NCBI GenBank assembly: GCA_964057225.1
Contig: OZ059900.1
Location: 434,001 to 498,000 of the forward strand
Source: Auanema rhodensis
Taxonomy: Eukaryota > Animalia > Nematoda
Length of the DNA stretch: 64,000 nt
Reading direction: 5' to 3'
The notes beneath the pieces are model-generated. The model worked only from the letters and a program-made list of their open reading frames with translations. It was not told where the DNA came from and did no database searches. A program made the translations under genes and the position numbers. Shown here piece by piece: positions 1-13,546 of the stretch; within the stretch, counting starts at the first letter, position 1, and each line of letters opens with the position of its first letter.

Positions 1-347
1 GATCATATTCGTTAAGATTCGAGAATCAAACATACAATACACGAAATCAGTCTATTTTTATGAGCTTGCACTGATATATATTCATTTTGATCAAAAAAGG
101 TCGAAAATAGAAAGAATTTTTGAAATTTCCGAGTTTTGAGTCTAATTTGGCTAAATCGCTCATATATATGATCAGAAGCAAAGTTTTATTGTCTATGATA
201 ACAAAAGTCATCAATTAAACGCTAGTGATGTTTAAATACTGAATTTCGCTCAAATAGCATTACTACACTAAGTATGGTCGTTTTTATGCCTATAACACCA
301 TATACTCACCGATTTTTGGTACAAAATCTGTAATACTCGTAAATTTT
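1..347 (+). repeat. Representative satellite monomer (phase arbitrary, set at the window start GATC)
   Basis: The next copy begins at 348 (GATCATATTCGTTAAG). Confidence 0.97.
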
Positions 348-3300
348 GATCATATTCGTTAAGATTTGAGAATCAAACATACAATACACGGAATCAGTCT
401 ATTTTTATGAGCTTGCACTGATATATATTCATTTTGATCAAAAAAGGTCGAAAATAGAAAGAATTTTGGAAATGTCCGAGTTTTGAGTCCAATTTGGCTA
501 AATCGCTCATATATATGATCAAAAGCATAGTTTTATTGTCTATAACAACAAAAGTCATCAATTAAACGCTAGTGATGTTTAAATACTGAATTTCGCTCAA
601 ATAGCATTACTACACTAAGTATGGTCGTTTTTATGCCTTTAACACCATATACTCACCGATTTTTGGTACAAAATCTGTAATACTCGTAAATTTTGATCAT
701 ATTCGTTAAGATTTGAGAATCAAACACACAATACACAAAATCAGTCTATTTTTATGAGCTTGCACTGATATATATTCATTTTGATCAAAAAAGGTCGAAA
801 ATAGAAAGAATTTTTGAAATTTCCGAGTTTTGAGTCCAATTTGGCTAAATCGCTCATATATATGATCAAAAGCATAGTTTTATTGTCTATAACAACAAAA
901 GTCATCAATTAAACGCTAGTGATGTTTTAATACTGAATTTCGCTCAAATAGCATTACTACACTAAGTATGGTCGTTTTTATGCCTTTAACACCATATACT
1001 CACCGATTTTTGGTACAAAATCTGTAATACTTGTAAATTTTGATCATATTTGTTAAGATTTGAGAATCAAACAGACAATACACAAAATCAGTCTATTTTT
1101 ATGAGTTTGCACTGATATATATTCATTTTGATCAAAAAAGGTCGAAAATAGAAAGAATTTTGGAAATGTCCGAGTTTTGAGTCCAATTTGGCTAAATCGC
1201 TCATATATATGATCAAAAGCATAGTTTTATTGTCTATGACAACAAAAGTCATTAATTAAACACTAATGATGTTTAAATCACTAAATTTCGCTCAAATAGC
1301 ATTACTACACTAAGTATGGTCGTTTTTATGCCTTTAACACCATATACTCACCGATTTTTGGTACAAAATCTGTAATACTCGTAAATTTTGATCATATTCG
1401 TTAAGATTCGAGAATCAAACATACAATACACGAAATCAGTCTATTTTTATGAGCTTGCACTGATATATATTCATTTTGATCAAAAAAGGTCGAAAATAGA
1501 AAGAATTTTGGAAATGTCCGAGTTTTGAGTCCAATTTGGCTAAATCGCTCATATATATGATCAAAAGCATAGTTTTATTGTCTATAACAACAAAAGTCAT
1601 CAATTAAACGCTAGTGATGTTTTAATACTGAATTTCGCTCAAATAGCATTACTACACTAAGTATGGTCGTTTTTATGCCTTTAACACCATATACTCACCG
1701 ATTTTTGGTACAAAATCTGTAATACTCGTAAATTTTGATCATATTCGTTAAGATTTGAGAATCAAACACACAATACACAAAATCAGTCTATTTTTATGAG
1801 CTTGCACTGATATATATTCATTTTGATCAAAAAAGGTCGAAAATAGAAAGAATTTTTGAATTTTCCGAGTTTTGAGTCCAATTGGGCTAAATCGCTCATA
1901 TATATGATCAAAAGCATAGTTTTATTGTCTATGACAACAAAAGTCATCAATTAAACGCTAGTGATGTTTAAATACTGATTTTCGCTCAAATAGCATTACT
2001 ACACTAAGTATGGTCGTTTTTATGCCTTTAACACCATATACTCACCGATTTTTGGTACAAAATCTGTAATACTCGTAAATTTTGATCATATTCGTTAAGA
2101 TTTGAGATTCAAACACACAATACACAAAATCAGTCTATTTTTATGAGCTTGCACTGATATATATTCATTTTGATCAAAAAAGGTCGAAAATAGAAAGAAT
2201 TTTTGAAATTTCCGAGTTTTGAGTCCAATTTGGCTAAATCGCTCATATATATGATCAAAAGCATAGTTTTATTGTCTATAACAACAAAAGTCATCAATTA
2301 AACGCTAGTGATGTTTAAATACTGAATTTCACTCAAATAGCATTACTACACTAAGTATGGTCGTTTTTATGCCTTTAACACCATATACTCACCGATTTTT
2401 GGTACAAAATCTGTAATACTCGTAAATTTTGATCATATTCGTTAAGATTTGAGAATCAAACACACAATACACGAAATCAGTCTATTTTTATGAGCTTGCA
2501 CTGATATATATTCATTTTGATCAAAAAAGGTCGAAAATAGAAAGAATTTTTGAATTTTCCTAGTTTTGAGTCCAATTGGGCTAAATCGCTCATATATATG
2601 ATCAAAAGCATAGTTTTATTGTCTATGACAACAAAAGTCATTAATTAAACACTAATGATGTTTAAATCACTAAATTTCGCTCAAATAGCATTACTACACT
2701 AAGTATGGTCGTTTTTATGCCTTTAACACCATATACTCACCGATTTTTGGTACAAAATCTGTAATACTCGTAAATTTTGATCATATTCGTTAAGATTTGA
2801 GAATCAAACACACAATACACAAAATCAGTCTATTTTCATGAGCTTGCACTGATATAGATTCATTTTGATCAAAAAAGGTCGAAAATAGAAAGAATTTTTG
2901 AAATTTCCGAGTTTTGAGTCCAATTTGGCTGAATCGCTCATATATATGATCAAAAGCATAGTTTTATTGTCTATAGCAACAAAAGTCATCAATTAAACGC
3001 TAGTGATGTTTAAATACTGAATTTCGCTCAAATAGCATTACTACACTAAGTATGGTCGTTTTTATGCCTTTAACACCATATACTCACCGATTTTTGGTAC
3101 AAAATCTGTAATACTTGTAAATTTTGATCATATTTGTTAAGATTTGAGAATCAAACACACAATACACAAAATCAGTCTATTTTTATGAGTTTGCACTGAT
3201 ATATATTCATTTTGATCAAAAAAGGTCGAAAATAGAAAGAATTTTTGAAATTTCCGAGTTTTGAGTCCAATTTGGCTAAATCGCTCATATATATGATCAA

Positions 3301-3819
3301 AAGCATAGTTTTATTGTCTATAACAACAAAAGTCATCAATTAAACGCTAGTGATGTTTTAATACTGAATTTCGCTCAAATAGCATTACTACACTAAGTAT
3401 GGTCGTTTTTATGCCTTTAACACCATATACTCACCGATTTTCGGTACAAAATCTGTAATACTTGTAAATTTTGATCATATTTGTTAAGATTTGAGAATCA
3501 AACACACAATACACAAAATCAGTCTATTTTTATGAGTTTGCACTGATATATATTCATTTTGATCAAAAAAGGTCGAAAATAGAAAGAATTTTGGAAATGT
3601 CCGAGTTTTGAGTCCAATTTGGCTAAATCGCTCATATATATGATCAAAAGCATAGTTTTATTGTTTATAACAACAAAAGTCATCAATTAAACGCTAGTGA
3701 TGTTTAAATACTGAATTTCGCTCAAATAGCATAACTACACTAAGTATGGTCGTTTTTATGCCTTTAACACCATATACTCACCGATTTTTGGTACAAAATC
3801 TGTAATACTCGTAAATTTT

Positions 3820-6800
3820 GATCATATTCGTTAAGATTTGAGAATCACTACATACAATACACGAAATCAGTCTATTTTTATGAGCTTGCACTGATATATA
3901 TTCATTTTGATCAAAAAAGGTCGAAAATAGAAAGAATTTTTGAAATTTCCGAGTTTTGAGTCTAATTTGGCTAAATCGCTCATATATATGATCAGAAGCA
4001 TAGTTTTGTTGTCTATGACAACAAAAGTCATCAATTAAACGCTAGTGATGTTTAAATACTGATTTTCGCTCAAATAGCATTACTACACTAAGTATGGTCG
4101 TTTTTATGCCTTTAACACCATATACTCACCGATTTTTGGTACAAAATCTGTAATACTCGTAAATTTTGATCATATTCGTTAAGATTTGAGAATCAAACAC
4201 ACAATACACAAAATCAGTCTATTTTTATGAGTTTGCACTGATATATATTCATTTTGATCAAAAAAGGTCGAAAATAGAAAGAATTTTTGAAATTTCCGAG
4301 TTTTGAGTCCAATTTGGCTAAATCGCTCATATATATGATCAAAAGCATAGTTTTATTGTCTATAACAACAAAAGTCATCAATTAAACGCTAGTGATGTTT
4401 AAATACTGAATTTCGCTCAAATAGCATAACTACACTAAGTATGGTCGTTTTTATGCCTTTAACACCATATACTCACCGATTTTTGGTACAAAATCTGTAA
4501 TACTCGTAAATTTTGATCATATTCGTTAAGATTTGAGAATCAAACATACAATACACAAAATCAGTCTATTTTTATGAGCTTGCACTGATATATATTCATT
4601 TTGATCAAAAAAGGTCGAAAATAGAAAGAATTTTTGAAATTTCCGAGTTTTGAGTCCAATTTGGCTGAATTGCTCATATATATGATCAAAAGCATAGTTT
4701 TATTGTCTATAACAACAAAAGTCATCAATTAAACGCTAGTGATGTTTTAATACTGAATTTCGCTCAAATAGCATTACTACACTAAGTATGGTCGTTTTTA
4801 TGCCTTTAACACCATATACTCACCGATTTTTGGTACAAAATCTGTAATACTCGTAAATTTTGATCATATTCGTTAAGATTTGAAAATCAAACACACAATA
4901 AACAAAATCAGTCTATTTTTATGAGTTTGCACTGATATATATTCATTTTGATCAAAAAAGGTCGAAAATAGAAAGATTTTTTGAATTTTCCGAGTTTTGA
5001 GTCCAATTGGGCTAAATCGCTCATATATATGATCAAAAGCATAGTTTTATTGTCTATGACAACAAAAGTCATTAATTAAACACTAATGATGTTTAAATCA
5101 CTAAATTTCGCTCAAATAGCATTACTACACTAAGTATGGTCGTTTTTATGCCTTTAACACCATATACTCACCGATTTTTGGTACAAAATCTGTAATACTT
5201 GTAAATTTTGATCATATTCGTTAAGATTTGAAAATCAAACACACAATAAACAAAATCAGTCTATTTTTATGAGTTTGCACTGATATATATTCATTTTGAT
5301 CAAAAAAGGTCGAAAATAGAAAGATTTTTTGAATTTTCCGAGTTTTGAGTCCAATTGGGCTAAATCGCTCATATATATGATCAAAAGCATAGTTTTATTG
5401 TCTATGACAACAAAAGTCATTAATTAAACACTAATGATGTTTAAATCACTAAATTTCGCTCAAATAGCATTACTACACTAAGTATGGTCGTTTTTATGCC
5501 TTTAACACCATATACTCACCGATTTTTGGTACAAAATCTGTAATACTTGTAAATTTTGATCATATTTGTTAAGATTTGAGAATCAAACACACAATACACA
5601 AAATCAGTCTATTTTTATGAGTTTGCAGTGATATATATTCATTTTGATCAAAAAAGGTCGAAAATAGAAAGATTTTTTGAATTTTCCGAGTTTTGAGTCC
5701 AATTGGGCTAAATCGCTCATATATATGATCAAAAGCATAGTTTTATTGTCTATAGCAACAAAAGTCATCAATTAAACGCTAGTGATGTTTAAATACTGAA
5801 TTTCGCTCAAATAGCATTACTACACTAAGTATGGTCGTTTTTATGCCTTTAACACCATATACTCACCGATTTTTGGTACAAAATCTGTAATACTCGTAAA
5901 TTTTGATCATATTTGTTAAGATTCGAGAATCAAACATACAATACACGAAATCAGTCTATTTTTATGAGCTTGCACTGATATATATTCATTTTGATCAAAA
6001 AAGGTCGAAAATAGAAAGAATTTTGGAAATGTCCGAGTTTTGAGTCCAATTTGGCTAAATCGCTCATATATATGATCAAAAGCATAGTTTTATTGTCTAT
6101 AACAACAAAAGTCATCAATTAAACGCTAGTGATGTTTTAATACTGAATTTCGCTCAAATAGCATTACTACACTAAGTATGGTCGTTTTTATGCCTTTAAC
6201 ACCATATACTCACCGATTTTTGGTACAAAATCTGTAATACTCGTAAATTTTGATCATATTCGTTAAGATTTGAGATTCAAACACACAATACACAAAATCA
6301 GTCTATTTTTATGAGCTTGCACTGATATATATTCATTTTGATCAAAAAAGGTCGAAAATAGAAAGAATTTTTGAAATTTCCGAGTTTTGAGTCCAATTTG
6401 GCTAAATCGCTCATATATATGATCAAAAGCATAGTTTTATTGTCTATAACAACAAAAGTCATCAATTAAACGCTAGTGATGTTTAAATACTGAATTTCGC
6501 TCAAATAGCATTACTACACTAAGTATGGTCGTTTTTATGCCTTTAACACCATATACTCACCGATTTTTGGTACAAAATCTGTAATACTCGTAAATTTTGA
6601 TCATATTCGTTAAGATTTGAGAATCAAACACACAATACACGAAATCAGTCTATTTTTATGAGCTTGCACTGATATATATTCATTTTGATCAAAAAAGGTC
6701 GAAAATAGAAAGAATTTTTGAATTTTCCTAGTTTTGAGTCCAATTGGGCTAAATCGCTCATATATATGATCAAAAGCATAGTTTTATTGTCTATGACAAC

Positions 6801-9800
6801 AAAAGTCATTAATTAAACACTAATGATGTTTAAATCACTAAATTTCGCTCAAATAGCATTACTACACTAAGTATGGTCGTTTTTATGCCTTTAACACCAT
6901 ATACTCACCGATTTTTGGTACAAAATCTGTAATACTCGTAAATTTTGATCATATTCGTTAAGATTTGAGAATCAAACACACAATACACAAAATCAGTCTA
7001 TTTTCATGAGCTTGCACTGATATAGATTCATTTTGATCAAAAAAGGTCGAAAATAGAAAGAATTTTTGAAATTTCCGAGTTTTGAGTCCAATTTGGCTGA
7101 ATCGCTCATATATATGATCAAAAGCATAGTTTTATTGTCTATAGCAACAAAAGTCATCAATTAAACGCTAGTGATGTTTAAATACTGAATTTCGCTCAAA
7201 TAGCATTACTACACTAAGTATGGTCGTTTTTATGCCTTTAACACCATATACTCACCGATTTTTGGTACAAAATCTGTAATACTTGTAAATTTTGATCATA
7301 TTTGTTAAGATTTGAGAATCAAACACACAATACACAAAATCAGTCTATTTTTATGAGTTTGCACTGATATATATTCATTTTGATCAAAAAAGGTCGAAAA
7401 TAGAAAGAATTTTGGAAATGTCCGAGTTTTGAGTCCAATTTGGCTAAATCGCTCATATATATGATCAAAAGCATAGTTTTATTGTTTATAACAACAAAAG
7501 TCATCAATTAAACGCTAGTGATGTTTAAATACTGAATTTCGCTCAAATAGCATAACTACACTAAGTATGGTCGTTTTTATGCCTTTAACACCATATACTC
7601 ACCGATTTTTGGTACAAAATCTGTAATACTCGTAAATTTTGATCATATTCGTTAAGATTTGAGAATCACTACATACAATACACGAAATCAGTCTATTTTT
7701 ATGAGCTTGCACTGATATATATTCATTTTGATCAAAAAAGGTCGAAAATAGAAAGAATTTTTGAAATTTCCGAGTTTTGAGTCTAATTTGGCTAAATCGC
7801 TCATATATATGATCAGAAGCATAGTTTTGTTGTCTATGACAACAAAAGTCATCAATTAAACGCTAGTGATGTTTAAATACTGATTTTCGCTCAAATAGCA
7901 TTACTACACTAAGTATGGTCGTTTTTATGCCTTTAACACCATATACTCACCGATTTTTGGTACAAAATCTGTAATACTCGTAAATTTTGATCATATTCGT
8001 TAAGATTTGAGAATCAAACACACAATACACAAAATCAGTCTATTTTTATGAGTTTGCACTGATATATATTCATTTTGATCAAAAAAGGTCGAAAATAGAA
8101 AGAATTTTTGAAATTTCCGAGTTTTGAGTCCAATTTGGCTAAATCGCTCATATATATGATCAAAAGCATAGTTTTATTGTTTATAACAACAAAAGTCATC
8201 AATTAAACGCTAGTGATGTTTAAATACTGAATTTCGCTCAAATAGCATAACTACACTAAGTATGGTCGTTTTTATGCCTTTAACACCATATACTCACCGA
8301 TTTTTGGTACAAAATCTGTAATACTCGTAAATTTTGATCATATTCGTTAAGATTTGAGAATCACTACATACAATACACGAAATCAGTCTATTTTTATGAG
8401 CTTGCACTGATATATATTCATTTTGATCAAAAAAGGTCGAAAATAGAAAGAATTTTTGAAATTTCCGAGTTTTGAGTCTAATTTGGCTAAATCGCTCATA
8501 TATATGATCAGAAGCATAGTTTTGTTGTCTATGACAACAAAAGTCATCAATTAAACGCTAGTGATGTTTAAATACTGATTTTCGCTCAAATAGCATTACT
8601 ACACTAAGTATGGTCGTTTTTATGCCTTTAACACCATATACTCACCGATTTTTGGTACAAAATCTGTAATACTCGTAAATTTTGATCATATTCGTTAAGA
8701 TTTGAGAATCAAACACACAATACACAAAATCAGTCTATTTTTATGAGTTTGCACTGATATATATTCATTTTGATCAAAAAAGGTCGAAAATAGAAAGAAT
8801 TTTTGAAATTTCCGAGTTTTGAGTCCAATTTGGCTAAATCGCTCATATATATGATCAAAAGCATAGTTTTATTGTCTATAACAACAAAAGTCATCAATTA
8901 AACGCTAGTGATGTTTAAATACTGAATTTCGCTCAAATAGCATAACTACACTAAGTATGGTCGTTTTTATGCCTTTAACACCATATACTCACCGATTTTT
9001 GGTACAAAATCTGTAATACTCGTAAATTTTGATCATATTCGTTAAGATTTGAGAATCAAACATACAATACACAAAATCAGTCTATTTTTATGAGCTTGCA
9101 CTGATATATATTCATTTTGATCAAAAAAGGTCGAAAATAGAAAGAATTTTTGAAATTTCCGAGTTTTGAGTCCAATTTGGCTGAATTGCTCATATATATG
9201 ATCAAAAGCATAGTTTTATTGTCTATAACAACAAAAGTCATCAATTAAACGCTAGTGATGTTTTAATACTGAATTTCGCTCAAATAGCATTACTACACTA
9301 AGTATGGTCGTTTTTATGCCTTTAACACCATATACTCACCGATTTTTGGTACAAAATCTGTAATACTCGTAAATTTTGATCATATTCGTTAAGATTTGAA
9401 AATCAAACACACAATAAACAAAATCAGTCTATTTTTATGAGTTTGCACTGATATATATTCATTTTGATCAAAAAAGGTCGAAAATAGAAAGATTTTTTGA
9501 ATTTTCCGAGTTTTGAGTCCAATTGGGCTAAATCGCTCATATATATGATCAAAAGCATAGTTTTATTGTCTATGACAACAAAAGTCATTAATTAAACACT
9601 AATGATGTTTAAATCACTAAATTTCGCTCAAATAGCATTACTACACTAAGTATGGTCGTTTTTATGCCTTTAACACCATATACTCACCGATTTTTGGTAC
9701 AAAATCTGTAATACTTGTAAATTTTGATCATATTCGTTAAGATTTGAAAATCAAACACACAATAAACAAAATCAGTCTATTTTTATGAGTTTGCACTGAT

Positions 9801-12800
9801 ATATATTCATTTTGATCAAAAAAGGTCGAAAATAGAAAGATTTTTTGAATTTTCCGAGTTTTGAGTCCAATTGGGCTAAATCGCTCATATATATGATCAA
9901 AAGCATAGTTTTATTGTCTATGACAACAAAAGTCATTAATTAAACACTAATGATGTTTAAATCACTAAATTTCGCTCAAATAGCATTACTACACTAAGTA
10001 TGGTCGTTTTTATGCCTTTAACACCATATACTCACCGATTTTTGGTACAAAATCTGTAATACTTGTAAATTTTGATCATATTTGTTAAGATTTGAGAATC
10101 AAACACACAATACACAAAATCAGTCTATTTTTATGAGTTTGCAGTGATATATATTCATTTTGATCAAAAAAGGTCGAAAATAGAAAGATTTTTTGAATTT
10201 TCCGAGTTTTGAGTCCAATTGGGCTAAATCGCTCATATATATGATCAAAAGCATAGTTTTATTGTCTATAGCAACAAAAGTCATCAATTAAACGCTAGTG
10301 ATGTTTAAATACTGAATTTCGCTCAAATAGCATTACTACACTAAGTATGGTCGTTTTTATGCCTTTAACACCATATACTCACCGATTTTTGGTACAAAAT
10401 CTGTAATACTCGTAAATTTTGATCATATTTGTTAAGATTCGAGAATCAAACATACAATACACGAAATCAGTCTATTTTTATGAGCTTGCACTGATATATA
10501 TTCATTTTGATCAAAAAAGGTCGAAAATAGAAAGAATTTTGGAAATGTCCGAGTTTTGAGTCCAATTTGGCTAAATCGCTCATATATATGATCAAAAGCA
10601 TAGTTTTATTGTCTATAACAACAAAAGTCATCAATTAAACGCTAGTGATGTTTTAATACTGAATTTCGCTCAAATAGCATTACTACACTAAGTATGGTCG
10701 TTTTTATGCCTTTAACACCATATACTCACCGATTTTTGGTACAAAATCTGTAATACTCGTAAATTTTGATCATATTCGTTAAGATTTGAGATTCAAACAC
10801 ACAATACACAAAATCAGTCTATTTTTATGAGCTTGCACTGATATATATTCATTTTGATCAAAAAAGGTCGAAAATAGAAAGAATTTTTGAAATTTCCGAG
10901 TTTTGAGTCCAATTTGGCTAAATCGCTCATATATATGATCAAAAGCATAGTTTTATTGTCTATAACAACAAAAGTCATCAATTAAACGCTAGTGATGTTT
11001 AAATACTGAATTTCGCTCAAATAGCATTACTACACTAAGTATGGTCGTTTTTATGCCTTTAACACCATATACTCACCGATTTTTGGTACAAAATCTGTAA
11101 TACTCGTAAATTTTGATCATATTCGTTAAGATTTGAGAATCAAACACACAATACACGAAATCAGTCTATTTTTATGAGCTTGCACTGATATATATTCATT
11201 TTGATCAAAAAAGGTCGAAAATAGAAAGAATTTTTGAATTTTCCTAGTTTTGAGTCCAATTGGGCTAAATCGCTCATATATATGATCAAAAGCATAGTTT
11301 TATTGTCTATGACAACAAAAGTCATTAATTAAACACTAATGATGTTTAAATCACTAAATTTCGCTCAAATAGCATTACTACACTAAGTATGGTCGTTTTT
11401 ATGCCTTTAACACCATATACTCACCGATTTTTGGTACAAAATCTGTAATACTCGTAAATTTTGATCATATTCGTTAAGATTTGAGAATCAAACACACAAT
11501 ACACAAAATCAGTCTATTTTCATGAGCTTGCACTGATATAGATTCATTTTGATCAAAAAAGGTCGAAAATAGAAAGAATTTTTGAAATTTCCGAGTTTTG
11601 AGTCCAATTTGGCTGAATCGCTCATATATATGATCAAAAGCATAGTTTTATTGTCTATAGCAACAAAAGTCATCAATTAAACGCTAGTGATGTTTAAATA
11701 CTGAATTTCGCTCAAATAGCATTACTACACTAAGTATGGTCGTTTTTATGCCTTTAACACCATATACTCACCGATTTTTGGTACAAAATCTGTAATACTT
11801 GTAAATTTTGATCATATTTGTTAAGATTTGAGAATCAAACACACAATACACAAAATCAGTCTATTTTTATGAGTTTGCACTGATATATATTCATTTTGAT
11901 CAAAAAAGGTCGAAAATAGAAAGAATTTTGGAAATGTCCGAGTTTTGAGTCCAATTTGGCTAAATCGCTCATATATATGATCAAAAGCATAGTTTTATTG
12001 TTTATAACAACAAAAGTCATCAATTAAACGCTAGTGATGTTTAAATACTGAATTTCGCTCAAATAGCATAACTACACTAAGTATGGTCGTTTTTATGCCT
12101 TTAACACCATATACTCACCGATTTTTGGTACAAAATCTGTAATACTCGTAAATTTTGATCATATTCGTTAAGATTTGAGAATCACTACATACAATACACG
12201 AAATCAGTCTATTTTTATGAGCTTGCACTGATATATATTCATTTTGATCAAAAAAGGTCGAAAATAGAAAGAATTTTTGAAATTTCCGAGTTTTGAGTCT
12301 AATTTGGCTAAATCGCTCATATATATGATCAGAAGCATAGTTTTGTTGTCTATGACAACAAAAGTCATCAATTAAACGCTAGTGATGTTTAAATACTGAT
12401 TTTCGCTCAAATAGCATTACTACACTAAGTATGGTCGTTTTTATGCCTTTAACACCATATACTCACCGATTTTTGGTACAAAATCTGTAATACTCGTAAA
12501 TTTTGATCATATTCGTTAAGATTTGAGAATCAAACACACAATACACAAAATCAGTCTATTTTTATGAGTTTGCACTGATATATATTCATTTTGATCAAAA
12601 AAGGTCGAAAATAGAAAGAATTTTTGAAATTTCCGAGTTTTGAGTCCAATTTGGCTAAATCGCTCATATATATGATCAAAAGCATAGTTTTATTGTCTAT
12701 AACAACAAAAGTCATCAATTAAACGCTAGTGATGTTTAAATACTGAATTTCGCTCAAATAGCATAACTACACTAAGTATGGTCGTTTTTATGCCTTTAAC

Positions 12801-13546
12801 ACCATATACTCACCGATTTTTGGTACAAAATCTGTAATACTCGTAAATTTTGATCATATTCGTTAAGATTTGAGAATCACTACATACAATACACGAAATC
12901 AGTCTATTTTTATGAGCTTGCACTGATATATATTCATTTTGATCAAAAAAGGTCGAAAATAGAAAGAATTTTTGAAATTTCCGAGTTTTGAGTCTAATTT
13001 GGCTAAATCGCTCATATATATGATCAGAAGCATAGTTTTGTTGTCTATGACAACAAAAGTCATCAATTAAACGCTAGTGATGTTTAAATACTGATTTTCG
13101 CTCAAATAGCATTACTACACTAAGTATGGTCGTTTTTATGCCTTTAACACCATATACTCACCGATTTTTGGTACAAAATCTGTAATACTCGTAAATTTTG
13201 ATCATATTCGTTAAGATTTGAGAATCAAACACACAATACACAAAATCAGTCTATTTTTATGAGTTTGCACTGATATATATTCATTTTGATCAAAAAAGGT
13301 CGAAAATAGAAAGAATTTTTGAAATTTCCGAGTTTTGAGTCCAATTTGGCTAAATCGCTCATATATATGATCAAAAGCATAGTTTTATTGTCTATAACAA
13401 CAAAAGTCATCAATTAAACGCTAGTGATGTTTAAATACTGAATTTCGCTCAAATAGCATAACTACACTAAGTATGGTCGTTTTTATGCCTTTAACACCAT
13501 ATACTCACCGATTTTTGGTACAAAATCTGTAATACTCGTAAATTTT
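3820..13546 (+). repeat. Local higher-order repeat, 13 monomers, period 4516 bp (~2.2 copies)
   Basis: Diagnostic variants repeat at exactly 4516 bp: CACTACATAC at 3846/8362/12878 and 7667/12183, GCAGTG at 5625/10141, CCTAG at 6727/11243. Confidence 0.9.

Noticed and set aside
7-24. CENP-B-box-like motif ATTCGTTAAGATTCGAGA
   Set aside because: It needs a 1-nt insertion and a mismatch relative to NTTCGNNNNANNCGGGN, and most monomers read TTTGAG, lacking the second CpG.
1-347. Tandem RNA-gene array (5S rRNA, tRNA, snRNA, spliced leader) or rDNA spacer
   Set aside because: I recognise no conserved RNA gene sequence, internal Pol III boxes or cloverleaf, and the GC content is low.
1-351. Regular GATC sites as bacterial Dam/oriC or iteron signals
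   Set aside because: Three GATC per monomer follow from the internal subrepeat structure; there are no DnaA boxes or rep gene, and the array scale is eukaryotic.
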